From Lama glama (lineage: Eukaryota): DNA of 64,000 nucleotides. Location: assembly GCA_028534125.1 (NCBI GenBank), contig CM052817.1, positions 104,596,001 through 104,660,000 of the forward strand, written 5' to 3'. The translations under genes and the position numbers were made by a program. Positions 14,204-27,829 of the stretch are shown here, one piece after another. Numbering within the stretch: position 1 is the first letter of the stretch; every line of letters starts with the position of its first letter. The notes beneath the pieces were generated by a model. It was not told the origin of the DNA. It worked only from the letters and a program-made list of their open reading frames with translations, and did no database searches.

Positions 14204-14571
14204 TGTAATTTAAATCTATCAATAAAACAGAAAATCAGTTGATCTAAGAAAAAAATGGAAAATTTTATTCCAGCCAAATTGAGGATTATAACAGCTTCTC
14301 TGGAAGCTTCAAGAACTGTTCCATCTGTTAGAGGTCAAAGCAGAAACAGAGGCAGAAGGACTATGCATTAAATGATATATTATTGACAGTTTACATAATT
14401 TAGATTTACAAAGTGAGTCAGTCATGGGTCACTGTGGCTCCTATAAGATTAAGCAAGAAGGTTATCCCTTAAGGAGGTCTGGTTAATGCAGGTGCATGAT
14501 ATACACTAAAGAGGTGGGGGGAGAAGACCTAAAAGAGCAAAGAAAATTTTATGTTTAAATTGTTCTCATCT
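14204..14571 (-). mobile_element. ERV LTR interrupted by the LTR at 14572-15189
   Basis: ttttattccagccaaattgaggattataac motif is related to the reverse complement of the 26299 LTR family; the sequence appears to resume briefly after 15189. Confidence 0.6.
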
Positions 14572-15189
14572 TGTTACCAAATTGGCTGACTGGCCCCATG
14601 CTGGGGTCCTAACCCAGACTGAGACCCCTTGTCCCTGCGAGGGAGGTTCTTTTTCTGCTTGGAGTCGTGCAGCCAATAATAGAAGCAGATCCTGAGACTG
14701 GAACAGCCCAGGTTCTATTCAATGGCCAAAGAATGAAGAAGTGGGAGCTTAGTTCACAAATCAACTTCTCAACCCAACTCCAGCAGAGACACCAAATACA
14801 TAGGAGGGTCAAGGTGAAAGGGAGGGAATTTGAAAGAGGGGGAGAAATGTTTATGACTTACCCGAGAACAGTGGTGTGGTTTGGACCCAAAACGAATGCA
14901 GCTCCCTTTCTCAGTCCTTGTACGGGCTTTTCTGGTTGTCTTCATGGCAACTGTCAACTGTGCTGGTGCTGGAGGTGCGTCATTTAGCAGCTAATGCAGC
15001 ACAGTGAGAGTATAACGAGGCTGAGGGTCTAGTGGAAATCAAGTCCTCTGCCATCCTGGGCCTGGTAGGTTCTAACCAGTTCTCATTTTTTTCTCTTTGC
15101 AGCTTCCCCTTGAAACTTAGATAAAAGCAATCAGTTTCCATTCGAGGGAGGGACAGGGGAATGATTCTGGGGCAACAGCCTTGGTAACA
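14572..15189 (-). mobile_element. ERV solo LTR, nested
   Basis: Inverted ends TGTTACCAA...TTGGTAACA; TSD atct/gtct with one mismatch. Confidence 0.85.
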
Positions 15190-15456
15190 GTCTTATCACA
15201 AAATTTGAATTTTATTTTGTCAGATCTTTTATAGAAAATTGGGCTAACTGGTGTTCTTCTGAAAGGGCCGGAAGCACACTTCTTTAATACCAAAAATTCA
15301 GTGAGGATTCTCCTTATGAATCATTCACATACATCTTTTCAAATGTCCACTAATGAAATGTTTATTGTTTATTGCCCTAGTATTTCTCATTTTGTGACTG
15401 TGTTCAAGACTCAGGCTTTCCAAGGACTTCTGATCCTCTGAAGACACATTTTCTCT

Positions 15457-16153
15457 TGTTGGGCAATATAATTAAAAACAAAATCTTCTCCCAATTCAAA
15501 AAACCTCTCCATGAAAGTAGAAAAGAAAGAAAACAAGTTTCTTATTGAACAAACACATTAACCAGAATGGGAGAGACATCCCAGGCAGTCGGCTAAAAAA
15601 TTGCAAAGATTGAAAGGAATCTCACTTTTTGTATAGCTAAGCAGATTCAAGTCATTGGATACACGTTCTCAAAATAAACAATAATTAGTCTTCAAGTAAA
15701 AGGATTTGGCACACAGTCCATCCTTAATTCATTGGGGAGTTGGGGTGACCATTTATGTTAGCTAATTGACTCTATCCAAAGAAAAAAAATCTCGTATTTT
15801 TATGACAGAAGGTAGTTTTGAGTTGGTTGCAAATAAAGGGCTTCTTGCTCAAGCCTGGTTCCTCTCCTCCCACAGAAACAGGAGGTAGGGGCTCTCCATT
15901 CCTGGGTGATTACGTTTCAAAGGGATGTTTCCTAGTCCTTAAGAAAGATATTTCTGTGCCTAAAGCTGGCAAGAGACTTATTTAGCTTTAAAAAGATTTA
16001 CATACATTTCAAAGGGTCAGAGATAGAAGTCACAATTCCAGGTTTTTTTTTTTTTTTAAGTAAATACCTTAAGAGAGAGAGGGAAGGGCTCTTTCCTTAT
16101 TTTCAACAGGGAGAATTAAGCCTCTTATTTTTAATTTGTATTTTTTTCTTCCA
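15457..16153 (-). mobile_element. ERV1 solo LTR (MER34/MER39-like)
   Basis: TG...CA ends and body motifs that I recognise from the MER34 group. Confidence 0.6.
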
Positions 16154-16474
16154 GTTTCAGCAGATGGCCTCCTGTTTCTTACCAGATAAATATGATCTCT
16201 TTACTGTTTTTTCTTGGCATTGATAAAGGACCTGGCTGTACATGCTTCTAAACTATTTTTAAGTTTGGAAAGCAAATATTTCATTATCCCATAATGGAAA
16301 CAATCATGATCTCAATTTGTCTACTACCATTAAATCTTTGAAACACTTTTACGCTAATTATTTCAACTGACCTTATTACTACTCAGAGGTAGATAACTGA
16401 TACTCTTTTTCACGTAGGGTAAAAATAAAAATGCCAAACGCAGTGATTTAAATATAACTAAGATTATCTAATAT

Positions 16475-17041
16475 TGAAATGGAGCAAGACCCTGTGGGAC
16501 CCTCCATTGCAAATCCTTTCTGTCCCGCATTTCTCTTTTGTAGAAACTAAGCTTCATTCAGCCTCCTTGACCTTCCCTGAATTCCAAAGGGTAGAGTCAA
16601 ACAGTTGCTAATCAGGGAAGGGAGGGAAGGCAGAAACAAGGGAGGAACAATCAAGAAACAATAGTGTAGCCTGGGGGCAGGGTCCTGGTTCTTTATGAAT
16701 GAATATATGTAACAATACTTTGGAATTCTTCTGTAAGAACTAAGGTCCCCACCAGGTGGAGGATGGCAACTTCAGGCTGAGCACAAGATTCCTGGAGCCC
16801 GAGCTGTGACCTCACCACCAACCAATCAGAGGAATGCTACACACCCTGCAGATCACACCCCAAATTTTGCCTATAAAAACTTCTCCCCCAAAACTATCAG
16901 GGATTTGGGGTTTTTTTTAAGTATGAGCCATCCATTCTCCTTGCTTTGCCCTGTAATAAGCCTTTCTCTGCTCCAGACTCCAGTATTTTGGTTTGTTTAG
17001 TTTCACTGTGCTCCAAGCACACAGACTTTTTTTTGGTAACA
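16475..17041 (+). mobile_element. ERV1-type solo LTR with 4-bp TSD ATAT
   Basis: atat|TGAAA...GGTAACA|atat; CCAAT (~16822), TATAAAA (~16872), aataag (~16955). Confidence 0.9.
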
Positions 17042-17177
17042 ATATTGGTGGCAGCATGATGTAGTGGGAAAAGTATGAATGAGCTTTGGGAGCTCTCAAA
17101 GCCAAAAGAAACTCTGGATTGACATTTGAAACTGATTTGATGGCAAAAAGGAATCCATTGTATCTTGGATTATTTGA

Positions 17178-17427
17178 AAAAGGAAGGGATAAATTGGGAG
17201 TTCGAGATTTGCAGGTACTAACTACTATATACAAAATAGATAAACAACAAGTTTATACTGTATAGCACAGGGAACTATGTTCAATATCTTGTAGTAACTT
17301 ATGGTTAAAAAGAATATGAAAATGAATATATGTATGTTCCTATATGACTGAAGTATTGTGCTGTACACCAGAAATTAACACAACAATGTAAACTAACAAT
17401 TTTCAATAAAAATATATTTTAAAAAAA
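17178..17427 (+). mobile_element. L1 3' end
   Basis: gggataaattgggagttcgagattt...tatagcacagggaactat...aataaaa followed by an A tail. Confidence 0.85.
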
Positions 17428-17459
17428 GCAAAGGAATGAAATTTATCCTAATGGGAAAG

Positions 17460-17665
17460 GCGCTGATTTTAGATCCAACAGATCTGAGTTTCAATTTGGG
17501 GTTTGCCCCTTACTAGCTGGCTGCTTGCTTTGGGTAGTCCTGGGTTTCCGCTTGATAGTTTTAATATGAAGATAACAATACCCTTGTTACAGAATTATTG
17601 AGAGGACTAAGTGAGATGCATAAAAAAGGGCCAGACTGTCTGACACAGAGTAAATCTTCAGTGGA
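17460..17665 (+). mobile_element. MIR SINE
   Basis: MIR core-like text: ataacaatacc...attgagaggactaagtgagatgca. Confidence 0.65.
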
Positions 17666-17724
17666 AGATAATTCCCTTTTTTTTGTTGTTTTCATTTTTG
17701 TAATGGATCTAAAGGGCTCCTGTG

Positions 17725-18245
17725 CCCAAGGTGCAGAAAACCTAACTTTGGCAGCTGGAGTTTGCAGCAAAGTAAGGGTTACTGTGGGGCACCAAGCAGA
17801 GGAGCGGCAGTAGAGCTTCAGATCTGCTCCCACTTGGCCTTTGAGTTGGGGGTGTTTTTAAAGGGGAAGAATGAAGACGCTGGAGTTAATCATCATCTCG
17901 TGACATTTCTGTGACATTTCTTAATGGTAGTTTTAGGAATCAGGATGCCCATGGTTTACGAGTCTCCGGTCTGTTGGTCCATGACCCAGGGATCTGTGAG
18001 CTCATCTTGTCCTGAGAAACAGCCTGAGTTTGTACGTTAGCGGTAGGATCCCCAGCAGCAATTTGAGCACACGAAACATGTTATCGACAATAGTCATCGT
18101 CCTCGCCTGACTCTGGCTGACGAGTGTTTAGTTAGCACAGGGTTGAGATCAGAGGGGACAAGAAAGGAAATAAAGTTTTGAATAGAGAGGTTAATCTTAA
18201 ACTTGGCAGGGAATCTCAGTTTGGGGGGACTTGGTGTCATTTTCA
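17725..18245 (-). mobile_element. ERV solo LTR
   Basis: TG...CA-bounded segment of about 510 bp with reverse TATA-like tttttaaagggg. Family not identified. Confidence 0.55.
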
Positions 18246-19853
18246 AGAATTCTAATCAGTGGCAAAGGTAGGACCAGAGTTTACATCTTCTCCTTTCTCC
18301 CTTGTCCCGAAGTTCCTCCTCTAATTTAACCTGTATGCTGTTGTTGATAATGGAAGTTTCAAAATTTTATGAATTTGGCTAAACAAAGGCTTTTACTTAT
18401 TTTAGTTTAACTCAACTTTGATTGAAAAAATTAACAAACTTAATTTTGATGGAAAAAATTAACATAGTGCCTCCAAATTTTAGACAGATTATTTCCTTTT
18501 TCTTTTTTTTATCAAAAGCTGCCTTTTAATAGCCATGAATATGATCTTTTTTTTTGTTGACATAGATTTGATACATTTTATTTCCTAATATTAACCTATC
18601 CATGTGTTCTTGGATGAAATTCTATCTGATCAGTGGCATTATTCTTTTTTATGTTACTGCATTTATACTAAATATTGTATCTCTGGTTTGCATCTCTGTA
18701 TCTATGTGAAATGTGGACAGATTATCTTCTATTCATGTGTATGTGTTTCAGCTGATGTTCAACTGTTTAATCCAAAATGCTTTTTACTCTTCAGTTCTGG
18801 GGGACTTTAAGCATTTAAAAGATTGTCTAAAAGACAGCTCATATCTTTGGATTCATGTTTTATTATCTACGATGAAAGGTAAAGGATATTTACTATAAAA
18901 AAGGACTTTGTCTCATGTTAAATGGGAAGTGAACCCAAGGTCTTGTGCTCTTTCTACTGCTTAATAGGAGCTAGATGGCTGAAGCTGTTTCTATTATTCC
19001 ATTCCCTGGTGATTTGATGCTTTGCCAAGCTGACCCAGCCTTGTTTATCCATTTATGCAACCATCCATCGGCACAACTCATTCCCAAGCCTCTCAAATGA
19101 TCGCAATGAGCCTCAAAACTCATAATCTAAAATATGTGACCTCCGTCATCCATTTGCAACTGGAAATTGTTTTGTATGTAATCTTTTTCAAGGCTGCCTA
19201 TCCAAATACATATTCAAAATCAAGCAAATAAATGTGACTATTTCAGTAAAGCAGCAACTAGTGGTATATCTCTGGAAATGTCAAAAGTTGAATCATGTGA
19301 ATATCTTCTAGCCAGAGAAAAGAAATACATTGCTTTTGCTCCATTTTATAAAGGGTAAGCCCTAAAAAAGGATATGCAAAGAAATGACGGTGTTTCTTTC
19401 TTTCTTTTTTTTTTTTTTTAGATGTTGGGCATTGGAGAATGAGAAATAAACTTTATTCAAATAGTGACCAAGAAGATAAAAAATATTCAGAGTGTGGTAC
19501 AAATATGTATTCAAGTCATGAGAAAATATGAAAAGACTGTCTCTTTCTAAGAGGTAACATTTTCTATTTAATTATACTTCATTAAAAAAGTTAAGATCAT
19601 TTTTGCCCTACGTTCTCTAATAAATGCATTTTTCTACCATTCTCAAAATAAATATTACTGGAACTCTTCTGCAATGATAACTGGGATTCTAACACATCGT
19701 CATGTTATTTCAATAATTTTTTTCTTTTATGTTAATTTTTCTTAGGGAGCAAGGCTCTCAGCTGGGCAGCATCCACTACTGTGGATTTAATCACGGCTAG
19801 AAATGTGTGCAGCTCTGTTGAGATAAGCCAGTCAAAACTGGTTGCTGTGTCTA

Positions 19854-20306
19854 TGTTACCAAACTCGGGTTTAGCTCCTTGCTGCTCAGAAGCCAATAAT
19901 CAAGAGGCAAGTGTCAGTAGAAAGAAAAGGTGCTTTAATCAGAAAAGCTGGCAATCTGGGGAGAGGGTAGTCTCATGTCCAGAGACCAATTCTGAAGATT
20001 CTGCTGGGCCATGACAGGTTTTAAAGGAAGAAAAGGGGGCAGGGGGAGAATCTCAGTGAATCATGGAGGCAGGAGGTTGGGGTCTGCATCACCTCCATTG
20101 TGTGTAGACTGCCTGACTCTCTCTTCAGATGTTGTCTTGCTCATGTGATCTGCCTGCAGGATTGCTAAGGGAACTACTGTGGATTGAGAGTTAAACATTC
20201 TTTAACTGCTTGATTCTTCATTCTTCATTTTATCCAGGAAGAGAATCAGCAGGTTAGGCAAGGCATGGGGTGCATTCAGGAGAGCTTAAGTCAGGAGTTA
20301 GTTTCA
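19854..20306 (-). mobile_element. ERV solo LTR
   Basis: TGTTACCAAAC...GTTTCA ends like the other LTRs in this cluster. Confidence 0.75.
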
Positions 20307-20634
20307 ATTGCTTAGTGATGTCATTCCTAGATTCTTTTAAGGTTAGAGGGGGACAGAAATGGACAACAGAGCTGCTTTCATCTACACAGGAGCTTAGGCA
20401 CTGCCTGAAAAAAGTTTATTTAAACTATACATCCTTGCATGTTTTAGGCATATTTTGTCACACCTGCCAAAATGATGAGATTGTCCAATAAAAGTATCTT
20501 TGCAGAAGGGCCGAGAAGCATCGCTGGTGCTTAGTCATTGAAGTTCTGAGTTAGACGGTCAGTACTTAAACCATTCTTGGACCAACCCCCACATGCTTTA
20601 TGGGTCCTATGAAGAGTCTAGGATGTAATATACA

Positions 20635-21670
20635 AAAGCAGGCTCTGCTTTGCATAAAAACTCCAAGCTGAAACCATGCAAAGATTTCTTTTAAATTAAT
20701 GGCAAAAATAACAATTGTTCTGTGATCTTTAAACATTTTTGGCAAAACATCAAACAGATTTTTTTTACCATTGGTTATAAATATGTTGGCAAATGAAAAG
20801 TAGTTAAACTAATGTTTCTTTACCCATTTGATACACTGTAATGTAACGCATTAGAAACACGGAGAGTTAACATATTTTATTTCTTTTGAAAATACTTGTC
20901 AAGAGTAGTTTGAAAAATGAAGCCTTTTACTCATATAACTGCTTGTTGTATCATGACAGGAAGTGAGTGTTCACTTTTCTATGGTTTGATAGTTTTCATA
21001 CTTCTTTCTAAATTTGGATCCACTTCAATGTTTTATCCTGGGTGCTTTCAATGTCATGAAATATCTCTGAGAGTTTCTTTAATGTGAAGTTTGTTGTTAG
21101 TGTCACTTCCACTGGTAATTTTCCTCACCCCATCTTCCTCATTTATTGATAAGTTCACCCTGGTATGTCCCGCCGGCTACACACCTACAGTTTCCCAACG
21201 GCGGCAGGGTCAGCATTCCCATAATTAACTATTTCTTCTTATGAATCCATTTAGGATTGATGTGAATTTCACTTCCAGCATGATCTTTTTTTTAATTTCT
21301 TTGCTGTATTTGCATCTTTATTGTCCAATTTGCTCTTTTAATTATCCATTTTTCTAAAATGTCAGGTGGGTTCATCACTGGGAGTTAAGGAAATAATGCA
21401 ACCATATGCTTTGCTCTATAACACCAATCACAGACGCACAATAACTAATCACCAACAGACCTGAAAGAAGCGAAGTGACTGATGGATCACTAATCAGGAT
21501 GCATGTCTGTCATTTACATAGTGATTTGTGGGCTGAAGAGCTGGCAGTGAAGTCTGTATTTTATGTGATTATGCAAATATACCACAGTCATGAAATCTGA
21601 ACTGCGTTTTGGGGTTAACTATGATAACTGAAATCCACATGTAACAGAGCCACGCAAAGAGATGATCACC
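20635..21670 (-). mobile_element. TcMar-Tigger non-autonomous DNA transposon (MER82-like)
   Basis: Decayed Tigger transposase-like text on the minus strand (AKKLKKKIMLEVKF). Family assignment is from memory. Confidence 0.55.
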
Positions 21671-23711
21671 TGAACTGAGGAATCTGTTTAAAATGTATGA
21701 TGCATAGTGGCCCAAGCAATACTGCTTTGGGATCCTTTTTACAACGAGAAATGGAAAGAGGAAAAAGTTTCCTCTACCCCCGTAGTTGATAGGATTTGGC
21801 ATCTCACGTGCTCAAGGCAGTCTGTAGCAGAGAGAATCTCTGGGGCTAGCAAAGCAGAGTGGTTCCATGTCTGAAAATGGTTAGGACAAGAAGCTTCAGG
21901 AGAGCAGGAATCAGGTCAGTCTTATCCTCTGTCCCCCTAGTGCCTAGCACAACGTTTTCCGTGCAGTAGGCATCACATAAATGCTTGTTGGTAGAATGCA
22001 GGAATGAACTCATCAATAAATATCAACATGGCTAAAATTTTGATGAAAAGACTGAGGCCTGACAAAATTGTGCATTTAATAAAATGACATATCATAGATT
22101 GGAAACAACATATTAATAAAAGCTTCAAGACAAAGATCTAAGTTAAAAATAAATGTCAAGTCGCTTCAAAGCTTCTCTGTGATTGAAGAGAGGACGTGGT
22201 TATGCTTCGCTGAAGATCGTATATTTGGAGCTGCATCGAAGGGCTTATTTTTATCTCCTTTTCATATTGAAGGACAGAATTCTCAGTCCCAGAAAGCTGA
22301 TTGAATGTGCCTAGGCCGCAGTATCACCGTCTCTCTAGCTAAACTGGAGTTTCCCAATCTCTTTTGAGGGCTGTCAAAAGAGTAGATTACACCCAGAAAC
22401 TAGGAGGCAGGCAAAATGAGAACTAAACAGAAAACAAAGGTCGGCCAGAATGAAAGTCATTATACCTGTCTTAGAGTTCTTGCCATTTGCTTAGTGTGGA
22501 GAACTCTAACCAGTATCAGCTCCACTCTGTATTGTTTAATATTTGATTACGCTTAGTGAATTACACTCTGCACAGCAGAAGAGTCTCATCCCATAAATAC
22601 AGAGACAGGGAGACATGCCAAAGGCTGTTGTAGTCACTCCTGTGTTGTTTAAAGTGGGCAGAACAAGACAATATCATCCTCTGCAGAATGTTGCAATAGT
22701 AAGGTTGCATTCTGCCTGGAAAAATAAAATATGTTATTAGCAAAGATTGGTAGTATTGAGGAAAATATTAAATTTGATCATATGTGTTATAGAACATCCA
22801 TATTTTAGTATTATTTTGTGAAAAAACGATATATTTGGCTATTGTTCAGGGTTTTATGTTTTTGTTTATTAATATCATTGAGTAGGAAACATGTAAAATT
22901 GTTATGGTGGTGCGGTCAGTGGATTGTAATGAAGGCACAGCTCAATCTTCCTGTTGGCAGCATGTCAATTACAGGCAAAGTGCTAAATGCTTGTTTCTGA
23001 AAATCCAGATTCTTAAAGAAAAAAAATATTATGGAAAAGTCCCTGCCAAGTTAGCATAGCACCAATTTCATTATTTACTTCCTTTGGAATTACATTGTAG
23101 AAAGAAAAGAAAATGCATTCTTTTAAGGCCCCAACCACTATCTTTATGCGATATTTATCCTCTGAATTCACATTCCTAGGTTCTGTAACTGTCTAATAAC
23201 ATTTAAATGCTATTTTCATAGCTTTTAAAATTCCTAGGTTTAAATGAAAACTTTTGGGAATATAAAGATTACCATCAATAGGAAAAAAAAGGAAGATATT
23301 CTTTGGTTGTGATAAACTCATCATGTTTCCAAAAAGCATTTTTTTTCACATTTATATTTTGTGAAAGAATAGGGAGCACACAGAACTTTTGATTCAAGTG
23401 AACTCTCTATATTTAAAAACAAATATGTCTAGTCTTTTAGGCCAATTTTATAAAATATCATGAAATGTCTTTATCCAGAATAAAAGGTTAATTTGAAAGT
23501 GTAAGGAGAAAATTATTTTTGTTTATGAGAAACATTGGTAGGCTTCAGAATTTAAAAAAAAATGATGATTAGAAAATACAGGCTGATGAATTGCTATAAA
23601 TTTATAATATCCTCAATAAAATTGAAGTCTTATACCATCCTATGTAATTTATTATATGGAGCCAAAGTGAGGTAACCAGAGGGAAACATGAGGCTACAAC
23701 AGCAAAATGTG

Positions 23712-26700
23712 TTTAAAACAAAGAATGTTGCTCACCACCTGACTCTACAAGAATTAAGTCATTAGCCACTACGGTCACTGACTGACAGTGCACCCTGAAA
23801 TAGATTCAGGACAAAACTCAGGATAAGGTACTCCATGCTTTGGAAAAGCCAGTCCCTTAGACAGTTAGAAATATCTTGGGGAAAAAAATTAATGAGCCTA
23901 GATTCTTACATCTTCCCATATGTAGAAAAGCACTAAAATCATTAGATGAGATGGCTGATCCTGTGACTAGCAGTAACTTGTACTGAGATGTGTTTGACTG
24001 CACACATTCCCTAGAAAAATCATATATATACTGGCTGCTTCCCCTACCTCTTGGGAGCAGTTCCTCAGAGCTATCTCCCAGGCTATAGTCCTCAGTAAGA
24101 CCCTGAATAAAACTCAACCCACAGCTCTTATGTTGTGCATTTTCTTTCAGTCGACAATTTTAGTGACCATGAAGAGACCCAGAGCAGATGTCTCTCCTTC
24201 ACCTGAAGTCTATGCAGACCCAGAGTCTTGGTACCAGCAAGGGACCCTTGTGCCCATCCATCCCCTTGGTGAGTCCAGATGAACTGGGGTGAGTCCCTCC
24301 TGGCCTTGCATCTCTCATTTTGGTTAATGATCCTCCTTTTCATCCAGTGGTTGTTAAACTCCTTGCTAGGAGGAGTGGGTTTTCCTTGAACTTGAGTTCA
24401 GTAAGAGGTACCTGGATTCCCCAGATGAAAGACACTGGGAGATTTTACTCAGTTGAAAGACACTGAGGAGGCTTGGACTGGGTAATTAGATAAAAGGCTG
24501 ACATGAAGTCTTTCCTCAAATTGGCCATTTTAACAGGCATTTGTAAGACTAAAAATGAAGATACTACATGAAATCTTTCAACTCTGAAGCTAAGGGAATA
24601 CAGCTCCTTCCTCAGCTTTCTCAGGCACCTTTGCAGGAGTGGTGGAGGTGAGTGCTCATGTCGCATAGCAGTCTTGGAGGGAAACCTGCTCATTAATTAA
24701 AAACCTGTCATTTGAGGATGCACACATAAGGACTGGCCATCCAGTGCTCTGAGCACCCAGGGCATGTTCACACCACCAGAGGGAGAAACTGAGACATATA
24801 AAAGCTGAAATGACTCCTGGGGGACACCCAGAGGAGGCAAGCTCACAGACAGAGCAGCCCACCACACAGGTTTCAACAGTAATTTTATCCCCAAACTGAC
24901 CCTGAAATGGGAAATAAAGCCATCAAAACAGAAGAAAAACAGGCACCAAACAACCTCCATCTAGTGCCTCAGCTGGCTTTTTGTACATACAAACTTACGC
25001 TTGCCAAGTACTTACTTACCTGGGGACTAAAGAAATACTGCCCTGAAATGGCCAAGATGGGGCTCTTCTGACATGCCAAAACCGGTTTTTGCATATGCAG
25101 TTAGAGAAAGCTGATTTGACAAAACATCTCTTCAAAATTCTGACCCTAAGGAAATGAAAGCCCCTGTTTTGTTTGTTTGTTTTGTTTTGTTTTGCATTTC
25201 TCTCCATGTGACTTTGAGATGTGTGTTCTACTAGATCAGGGACCTTTTTACAGTGTTTTCTTGATTTCTTGGACTTTTGCATATAAATAAAGTGTTTTTC
25301 TACCATGGGCACAATCCTAGGCAGGGTTTAAAAATCAATCCGACACTTGGGTTTATGGTTGACTACCTATGTTCAGTAATTTTGGTATACCTTGGTGAAT
25401 TTATCCTCCCCAAGGCTCTGATTGGATTGTCCGTAGGACATTTATTCTAGAAGAAAGAAGTTATAATTCTGTTTGCCACCATTGATATTACCAAATGGAC
25501 CCCCTCACTTGGCCAATCAATCATGCTTGCTCTGACCATCGCCATAAATGTGAATTTTCTTTAAAAATCACTCAAGCTCAATAAAAGCAGCAATCTAACT
25601 TTCAGTCAAAAAATCATAACCTCCTGCTTATTAGGCGGGACCATCCCTCAGTTACGGGGTGGATTTCTATGAGTAACATCAGGTAATGGTCATTTAAGTT
25701 TAAAGGCCCCCTTGTGTCGGGAGCAATTAAATCGTACTAAAGGTAATCCGTCTAATAACGTGAGTAAATCAGACCGGGAGCCTTATGAACAAGGCAGCAC
25801 TTACGCAAAGATAGCAACTGGCACGGAACTGGCTGGGATATACTGGGCTGCACCTAATGGAAGTTTTTGGCTTAAATTCTTACTTGTGACTTCATTAATG
25901 TTACTAGCTGTTTTACTTGTATTCTCCTTATTCTGTGAGATTGTTGTTTCTTGTATTGCCCAATGTGTATCTGAGCCTCTGACAAAAATAATGACTAAGT
26001 GACCTGAAGCAATTGACCAAATATATAGTTCTGTATAAGATTAAAGTGATTGTACTCGTTCAATTCTAGATACGGGGAAAAGCAACAAAGGAAAATCGTT
26101 TCGTGAACCACAAGAGACTAGCAAGACACGTATTCCAGGGACGTTATGGCTGCCATTAACAGGGCCTTGTCTAGTAATAACACGTTGATACATCAGCAGT
26201 ATTAACCAAATCATCACCTGAGCTAGGAATGAGCCTTCCTAGAAAGTCATGAAATGCTTCCTAAACTTTGGTCAAATTTGTGACCAAAAGGGGGAAATTG
26301 TAAAACAGAGAATGTTGCTCACCATCCAGTTCAACAAGGATAAAATCATTAGCCATTGCAGTCAACCAACAGTACACCCTAAAAGGAATTCAGAATGAAA
26401 ACCAGGATAAGACACTCTGTGCTTTAGAAACAAACAGTCCGTAACATAGTTAAAATGTATCTCTGGAAAAGAAACATTTAATGGACCCAGATTCTTACAG
26501 CTTCTCATACACAGAAAAGCACTAACATCATTAAAAGCGATACTTATTTCTTGTGACTAGCAGTGACCTTCTATTGAGATGCGTTTGCATGTATTCCCTA
26601 ACAAAATCGTATGTATGCTGGCCGCTTCCCCTGCCTCTTGGGAGCAGTTCCTCAGAGCTATCTGAGAGGCTGTCTCCTGGGCTATAGTCCTCAGTAAGAC

Positions 26701-26760
26701 CCTGGAAAAAAAGCTCCACTCACAGTTCTTATGTTGTGTGTGTTTTTTCCCCACCGGACA
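23712..26760 (+). mobile_element. Non-autonomous ERV1-class provirus: 5'LTR 23712-24156, PBS 24161-24178, deleted internal region, PPT 26286-26297, 3'LTR 26299-26760
   Basis: Two homologous direct LTRs. PBS tagtgaccatgaagagac matches TGGCGACCACGAAGGGAC (tRNA-Arg) at 14/18. PPT aaaagggggaaa precedes TG. An env TM-like remnant is in ORF 25712-26002. Confidence 0.92.
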
Positions 26761-27829
26761 TACGTCATATATATGTGACCTTCTGAGAAAGGACAGCAAT
26801 ATTTAACCTAATAGTGGATGACCAAAGGTTTATGGTTGAAAAAAGCAAGAAACAACTGTGTGTCAGAATAAGCAAACATCAGTTTTACAAACGATTTTAT
26901 TGTCCAGGAAATAGGAAAGTCTTGTTGATTGCTCCTTCTTTTTTGTCACACACCCTGTTATTGCTTTGTTCGTTGTCAGCAATATCACTTTTTAAAAATA
27001 AAATAAGCATGTTGAAGCCTTACAAAAAGGATTTACATCATAGTGATCTGCATTAAGCAAAACGTGCCACTTGCTAAGCGACCGCATTTATGCCCTTTCC
27101 CACAACATCCACTTATCATTCAGGCAAATACAATCCACTAAGTAACAGCAGGTCTCTACAAAAATGCCAGTTCTATCAAAGCTGTTGAGCTATTATTCAT
27201 AAACATTTATGCCATTGTCTTTTTCTTTTTTTTCTAGGCTAATAAATGCTAACAGGTAGGCATATGAAACTTGCTTCAAAGCTATTACCATTTCTAAGTG
27301 TAAGAGAACACTGTTATTTGATGATTCCTTATTATTTGGGCTGCAGGATATCTGGCAGAAGCTTGAAAAGCTTAGCTGTATTTTTTTCCTTGTGATTCTG
27401 TGTTCTGTTATTTCTATGCCAAGGTATAAGTTATGATTTTTAAGAGCATCAGTACAAACCAACTGTTCACATATTTCTTGCTCCAGTCTCCTTGTCCATC
27501 TCAGGGGCAGAGGCGATCTGACTCACTAATGGTGAGAGAACTTGCTTTCTGCAGTGACTGAAAATGAATTGACTTAATTTCATCTGCTCTGTGGCATGTT
27601 CCCCCAAAATTATAAAAAGTAATACATGCATATTGTTAATTTAAAAAAGAGAGATTCCAATAGCACAGGAGGATAAAAAGTGAAGTAAAATGTTCTTCTC
27701 TAAGATTATTCCAAGGCTTATTCCCCAATGGAGAGTCCTTCAAGAAACTCTTCCAGGATATAGACATTTCTCTCTGTGTATGTGTGATAAGTGATTTCTT
27801 CCCCTTCCCATTGGTTCAAGTCTTTTAAA

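Noticed and set aside
25712..26002. env-derived ORF as a syncytin-like captured gene
   Set aside because: Only 96 codons, a non-ATG start, and no signal peptide, furin site, fusion peptide or ISD.
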